DNA from: an uncultured Gammaproteobacteria bacterium
GTDB lineage: Bacteria; Patescibacteriota; Microgenomatia; Daviesbacterales; UBA10151
Length of the DNA: 7,523 bases
Direction: 5' to 3'
NCBI GenBank assembly: GCA_964522265.1
Contig: CAZFVS010000053.1
Span: forward strand, 1-7,523
The position numbers were made by a program, and so were the translations under genes. The notes beneath the pieces were generated by a model that was given only the letters and a program-made list of their open reading frames with translations, was not told where the DNA came from and did no database searches. Position 1 is the first letter of the stretch, and each line of letters opens with the position of its first letter. This document shows positions 3,955-7,523 of this stretch, piece after piece.

Positions 3955-5697
3955 ATGGGGTTCGGTATAAAGATATTGGGCTTTTTGGCTCTTCTGATCA
4001 TTTATCATTTATCATTTATCACAGTTTATGCTGTTTACGATCCAGTGTCCGTCCCCAATAATAAATTCGGCATCCATATCATTTCTGCAACTGATCATGA
4101 AGCCTCTCCTGCAGCTGCACTGGTCAATTCCTCCGGCGGGGATTGGGGTTATATTACAGTGCTGGCGGAAAGCAAAGACAGGGATGTTAATAAATGGCAG
4201 GCTTTTTTTAACGATTTACGCAGAAGGCACTTAATTCCAATTATTAGGCTTGCTACTCAACCTGAAAAAAGTTTCTGGAAAAGGCCTTATGAGGGAGAAG
4301 AAGAAGCCTGGGCCTCATTTTTGGACAATTTAACATGGCCCGTTAAAAACCGCTACGTTATAATCTACAACGAGCCAAACCAGGCCAAGGAATGGGGTAA
4401 CCAGGTGGATCCGGAAGGATATGCCAAAGTTTTAGATAAAACAATCACCGCTTTAAAGTCAAAAAGCAATGATTTTTTTGTCCTTAATGCCGGTTTTGAT
4501 GCCTCAGCCCCCTATAAACCTCCTGATTTTTTTGATGAAAGCCAGTTTTTGCAAAAAATGGAGGAAGCTGTACCTGGTATTTTTGAAAGACTGGATGGTT
4601 GGTCATCGCACTCTTACCCCAATCCGGGTTTTACAGGCTCACCAAACGGTTTCGGAAAGGGCTCGGTGAGAACATGGCAGTGGGAGCTTCAAAAACTTGC
4701 TGAACTGGGGGTAAAAAAGAAGCTGCCGGTTTTTATAACTGAAACGGGCTGGCAGCATGCAGAAGGACTGGTTTATGACAAGTCCCTTCCTTCTGCGGAA
4801 AATGTTGCCAATTTTTATAAGCAGGCCATGGGTAATGCCTGGAATAATAATACAGTTGTTGCAGTAACACCATTTTTATTAAACTACCAGGAAATCCCAT
4901 TCGACCACTTTTCTTTTAAGAAAATTACCGGTGAAAGACAATCCAAAAAGATTCTTGGAGTTGAATTTCCCGATTACTATCCTCAGTATACGAGAATTAA
5001 AGATTTGCCAAAAACTCAAGGTCTGCCGGTTCAGGAAAATAAGGCTGAGCTGGTAAAAGGTGAGATATATTCGTCCATAGTTTCCGACCAGTGGTATGAG
5101 ATTCCTTTAACTTTTAAAAACAGCGGCCAGTCAATTTGGAATGAATATGATCAGGTTAAACTTGTACCTGACGAAGAAGGTCTGAAGCTGGGGATACGGG
5201 AAGTTTTGCTGCCCGAAGATCAAAAAATTGAACCCGGGCAGGATTATTCATTTAAAGTCAATTTGAAAGCTCCACAATACGGATTTTTTAAGGTGAAGCT
5301 TATTCTTTACCGGAATGATATACCGTTTGATTCCAAACCTCTTGAGTTTACAACAGAGGTAAAACAGCCGGTTATCCTAAAAATACACTCCACCCTTGAC
5401 TGGAAAAAAAATTTTGAGGGGAGTTATATTTTAAAAACAGTCGGGGCATTAGGAAAAACGTTTAAAAATATTATTCTCTCTAAAGATGGCTTATCACCCG
5501 AAATGGAAGCAGCCTTCCTGATACCGGACTACACTTTTGATTTTACTTTGGAAAAGCCTTTCTATAAACCAAAAACAATCCGCCGGAAAGTTTTTTCCGG
5601 GGTCAATACATTGGATTTCGGTTCGCTTCAACCCGATATCCCCTCCGCCATCCTGCATCCTAAGCAACTTTGGAAACTGCTGCCATTTTCAAATTAG
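3955..5697 (+). CDS. Secreted or membrane-anchored clan GH-A-like (GH5/GH39-like) glycoside hydrolase with a C-terminal beta-rich extension
   Basis: 580 aa. The N-terminal hydrophobic segment ILGFLALLIIYHLSFITVYA is a signal peptide or signal anchor. IIYNEPN supplies the putative acid/base Glu140 and VFITETGW the putative nucleophile Glu263. That Asn-Glu-Pro ... Thr-Glu pattern on a (beta/alpha)8 fold is typical of clan GH-A. Residues from about 340 to 580 carry no catalytic motifs. Substrate unknown. Confidence 0.6.
   Translation: MGFGIKILGFLALLIIYHLSFITVYAVYDPVSVPNNKFGIHIISATDHEASPAAALVNSSGGDWGYITVLAESKDRDVNKWQAFFNDLRRRHLIPIIRLATQPEKSFWKRPYEGEEEAWASFLDNLTWPVKNRYVIIYNEPNQAKEWGNQVDPEGYAKVLDKTITALKSKSNDFFVLNAGFDASAPYKPPDFFDESQFLQKMEEAVPGIFERLDGWSSHSYPNPGFTGSPNGFGKGSVRTWQWELQKLAELGVKKKLPVFITETGWQHAEGLVYDKSLPSAENVANFYKQAMGNAWNNNTVVAVTPFLLNYQEIPFDHFSFKKITGERQSKKILGVEFPDYYPQYTRIKDLPKTQGLPVQENKAELVKGEIYSSIVSDQWYEIPLTFKNSGQSIWNEYDQVKLVPDEEGLKLGIREVLLPEDQKIEPGQDYSFKVNLKAPQYGFFKVKLILYRNDIPFDSKPLEFTTEVKQPVILKIHSTLDWKKNFEGSYILKTVGALGKTFKNIILSKDGLSPEMEAAFLIPDYTFDFTLEKPFYKPKTIRRKVFSGVNTLDFGSLQPDIPSAILHPKQLWKLLPFSN
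3997..4021 (+). repeat. Heptanucleotide tandem repeat (ATCATTT x3 plus ATCA) inside the signal-peptide coding region
   Basis: ATCATTT at 3997-4003, 4004-4010 and 4011-4017, then ATCA at 4018-4021. The segment encodes LIIYHLSFI. Confidence 0.8.
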
Positions 5698-5725
5698 CCA
5701 CTTTGAGAGTAAAATAATAGTGCTT

Positions 5726-6364
5726 ATGGCATTTTTAACAAAAGAGGAGATTATCAGGTCTCTGCCTCTTTTCAGAAACCTGCCCCAAAATGCAGTTAAA
5801 ATTATTGCAGAGACTGTTCAGGAAATGAAGCTATCCGAAAAAAGGGTTTTTATAGAACAGGGTAATAACAGCGATGAGATATTTTTTATTACAAAAGGCA
5901 GTGTCAGGGTTTACAGGTTAACTGAGGAGGGTGAGGAAGTTACTTTGGCAATCTGCGGACCTGGAGAAATTTTGGGTGAGATGGCATTTTTGGATGAACA
6001 ACCACGCTCTGCAAGTGTAGAAACTATGCAACCTACCGATGCGTTTGTTTTAAACAGGATAAGTTTCAAACAGATTCTACTCAACCATCCTGATATTGCC
6101 CTATCCCTTCTTAAGGTTTTATCCGCAAGGCTTCGCAAAACAGGAGAACAGATGGAGGATTTATTTTCAAAAAACCTTGAGGAAAGAACTTGGAAAGCCT
6201 TAAAAACCCTGTCAGGTTATTTTCCTGAAAATGAAATTACTCTCTCCCACGAGGAGCTGGCGGAGATTATCGGTGCAACCAGGGCCAGGGTTACGGAAGT
6301 ACTGGATCAGTTGTCATCATCAGGTAAGATCAGCCTCTCCCATCGCAAAATCCACATCAATTAA
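5726..6364 (+). CDS. Crp/Fnr-family transcription regulator (cNMP-binding domain plus C-terminal HTH)
   Basis: 212 aa from the ATG at 5726 (MAFLTKEEI). The longer ORF from 5537 overlaps the preceding gene and is discounted. LPLFRNLP, GEMAFLDEQPRSASV (the Gly-Glu ... Arg-Ser phosphate-binding cassette) and the HTH SHEELAEIIGATRARVTEVLDQL are present. Confidence 0.85.
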   Translation: MAFLTKEEIIRSLPLFRNLPQNAVKIIAETVQEMKLSEKRVFIEQGNNSDEIFFITKGSVRVYRLTEEGEEVTLAICGPGEILGEMAFLDEQPRSASVETMQPTDAFVLNRISFKQILLNHPDIALSLLKVLSARLRKTGEQMEDLFSKNLEERTWKALKTLSGYFPENEITLSHEELAEIIGATRARVTEVLDQLSSSGKISLSHRKIHIN

Positions 6365-6396
6365 TTGCTGCAGCAGCGGATTAGTTGAGTCGAACT

Positions 6397-6412
6397 TGTT
6401 CCCCAAAGAACA
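6397..6412. promoter_or_regulatory. Candidate Crp/Fnr-type operator TGTTC-N6-GAACA
   Basis: Perfect 5-bp inverted repeat with a 6-bp spacer: TGTTC 6397-6401, CCCAAA, GAACA 6408-6412. The geometry and the outer TGT...ACA match the CRP consensus TGTGA-N6-TCACA. The centre lies 41.5 bp upstream of 6446. Confidence 0.4.
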
Positions 6413-6433
6413 GAATTCAACTTACATTTATCC

Positions 6434-6439
6434 TACTAT
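6434..6439 (+). promoter_or_regulatory. Candidate -10 element (TACTAT) for the HD-domain gene
   Basis: TACTAT lies 6 nt upstream of the ATG at 6446. There is no good -35 hexamer (the Crp-type site sits there instead) and no Shine-Dalgarno sequence. Confidence 0.35.
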
Positions 6440-6445
6440 CAATTC

Positions 6446-7369
6446 ATGGATAGAGAAAAAATTCTTGAAATTAACCACTATGAGGATATTTATGGAGAGG
6501 ATTATGAAATCGTAGCCTCCCACCTGAAAGGTGTACTCCTAAAACTCTGCGGATTAATTGAAAACCCGCAAATTCCTAAAACCGAACTTGTTGCAACCAT
6601 CCTTCAGTATTTTGATTTTGCAACAGCCCTGTTTTCTAAAGAGGCAATAAGCAGGATTTTGGGGGGAAGATATGCCAATTTGTATTACCACAACAAACAC
6701 CATGCAGTTTACCAGGCAGGATTTGACGGGGTACAGGTTGCAAGAGGGATTATGACGAGAAATGATTTCTTGTCAAAAAATTTAACCTTAGAAGGGGTAC
6801 TTGCGATAGTTTTAGGTGCAATTTACCATGACACAGGTTATGTAACAGCCCAGGACCATCCTAAAAATTATGCTGCATTAACTCCGGTGCATGTTGAAGC
6901 AAGTAAGAAGACTTTCCAAAAAGCTGTTGAATTTTTAGGATTGCCTGAGGGAATTGATAAGGGAAAGGTCATAAGGCTGGGGACAGTAGGGATCCATAAT
7001 ACTTATTTTCCTTTTACTGAAGAAAGAAAAATGGAAAGGCAAAAGCTTCTGGAAAATTTTAAAACGCCTGAGGAAAAAAAGGAGGCAATGATTGTAGCTT
7101 TATCAGTTCAACTGGCTGATTTAGGGGGTCAGGTTGCCAGGGTAGACTACTTCCCTGCCCTGCTAAAAAATTTAAGGGAGGAGATGGAGGCGGCAAACCC
7201 CGGTTCAGGGATGCAGATTATCGGGCAGGATTATGAACTGGCAAAAAAATGCCGGGGCTTTTTGGATTTTGTAGTAAGACCTACTGTTGGTAAAACTGCC
7301 AATGCCTTTTTGGGCAAGAACAATACTTTTACACAAGCTTTTGAAAGAAATTCCTCTTTTGGCATTTAA
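6446..7369 (+). CDS. HD-superfamily metal-dependent phosphohydrolase (phosphodiesterase-like motif pattern)
   Basis: 307 aa. YYHNKHHA (His-x3-His), AIYHDTGY (His-Asp, 42 residues later) and QLADLGG (Asp, 96 residues after the HD). This H...HD...D layout defines the HD superfamily. YHN-x-x-HA and ADL(S/G) also resemble class I cyclic-nucleotide PDE motifs, but the HD-x-x-H second His is absent. Confidence 0.65.
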   Translation: MDREKILEINHYEDIYGEDYEIVASHLKGVLLKLCGLIENPQIPKTELVATILQYFDFATALFSKEAISRILGGRYANLYYHNKHHAVYQAGFDGVQVARGIMTRNDFLSKNLTLEGVLAIVLGAIYHDTGYVTAQDHPKNYAALTPVHVEASKKTFQKAVEFLGLPEGIDKGKVIRLGTVGIHNTYFPFTEERKMERQKLLENFKTPEEKKEAMIVALSVQLADLGGQVARVDYFPALLKNLREEMEAANPGSGMQIIGQDYELAKKCRGFLDFVVRPTVGKTANAFLGKNNTFTQAFERNSSFGI

Positions 7370-7413
7370 ATTCCAAAGCTGGTAAAATTAGTTGGGTACC
7401 AATTGTTTACCCC

Positions 7414-7452
7414 TGTCCCGCCAAAATTGAAATTTAGGCGGGCAGGCGATCT
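7414..7452 (+). repeat. 39-nt structured repeat, copy B (stem CCCGCC/GGCGGG with a 14-nt A/T loop)
   Basis: TGTCCCGCCAAAATTGAAATTTAGGCGGGCAGGCGATCT, 36/39 identical to 2026-2064 in the same orientation. Lies 45 nt after the stop of the HD gene. Confidence 0.75.
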
Positions 7453-7453
7453 C

Positions 7454-7497
7454 GGAAACTTTTATGACGCTTCGCGTCTTAATCAGTTGAAGTTTCC
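7454..7497 (+). other. Nested stem-loop (8-bp outer stem enclosing a 5-bp hairpin)
   Basis: GGAAACTT (7454-7461) is the exact reverse complement of AAGTTTCC (7490-7497). Inside it, GACGC (7466-7470) ttc GCGTC (7474-7478). No U-tract follows. Confidence 0.4.
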
Positions 7498-7504
7498 TCC
7501 GATT

Positions 7505-7523
7505 GGTGGCTGTAGTTCAAAAG
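7505..7523 (+). tRNA. Probable 5' end of a tRNA gene (tRNA-His-like, truncated by the window edge)
   Basis: G-GTGGCTG-TA-GTTC-AAAAG fits an acceptor 5' strand, U8-A9, D-stem and A14. The string GGTGGCTGTAG closely resembles my recollection of the bacterial tRNA-His 5' end (GGUGGCUAUAGCUCAG) with a genome-encoded G-1. The anticodon is outside the window, so the isotype is unproven. Confidence 0.4.

Noticed and set aside
4028-4669. Two short plus-strand ORFs (4028..4234 and 4469..4669) in alternative frames of the GH gene
   Set aside because: Both are embedded in the 580-aa ORF, which has clear catalytic motifs in its own frame. There is no independent evidence for them.
5537-5725. N-terminal extension of the Crp ORF (the 275-aa version starting at 5537)
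   Set aside because: It overlaps the last 161 nt of the GH gene in another frame and encodes non-domain sequence. The Crp-family domain begins right after the ATG at 5726, which has a -10-like hexamer upstream.
5911-6138. 75-aa minus-strand ORF
   Set aside because: It is antisense within the Crp gene and has no supporting signals.
6366-6375. 10-bp perfect palindrome TGCTGCAGCA just after the Crp stop codon, as a terminator or operator
   Set aside because: With no loop it can form only a 3-4 bp hairpin, and no U-tract follows. It does not resemble Crp/Fnr half-sites, and a single short palindrome is expected by chance.
6231-6515. 94-aa plus-strand ORF bridging the Crp and HD genes
   Set aside because: It is out of frame with both real genes and reads through the intergenic operator and promoter region. 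It is most likely spurious.

Overview
AT-rich bacterial window (GC looks low by eye, not computed). The gene content suggests an uncultivated small-genome (CPR/Patescibacteria-like) bacterium: a free-standing GIY-YIG gene wrapped in hairpin repeats, mostly Shine-Dalgarno-less starts and a secreted GH-like protein. That placement is inference only. Order of features: a sigma70-like promoter plus tRNA-Arg(TCT) (103-175); two tandem T-arm-like modules (191-305); convergent dinB (-); a 375-bp GIY-YIG mini-element bounded by inverted hairpin repeats (1636-2010). Next comes a ~5.4-kb block bracketed by two copies of a 39-nt structured repeat (2026-2064 and 7414-7452). That block holds an 81-aa ORF (-), two tandem paralogous papain-fold Cys-His enzymes (-) each behind a near-identical promoter that implies leaderless mRNA, and a divergent secreted clan GH-A-like glycoside hydrolase (+). 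It also holds a Crp/Fnr regulator (+) and an HD-superfamily phosphohydrolase (+) preceded by a TGTTC-N6-GAACA site. The window ends in the first 19 nt of a probable tRNA-His. No rRNA, CRISPR array, transposase or integrase is visible. The best novelty candidates are the duplicated cytoplasmic papain-fold enzyme plus small-ORF module, the covarying T-arm-like modules after tRNA-Arg, the bracketing structured repeat, and the Crp/HD pair with its predicted class II-type site.
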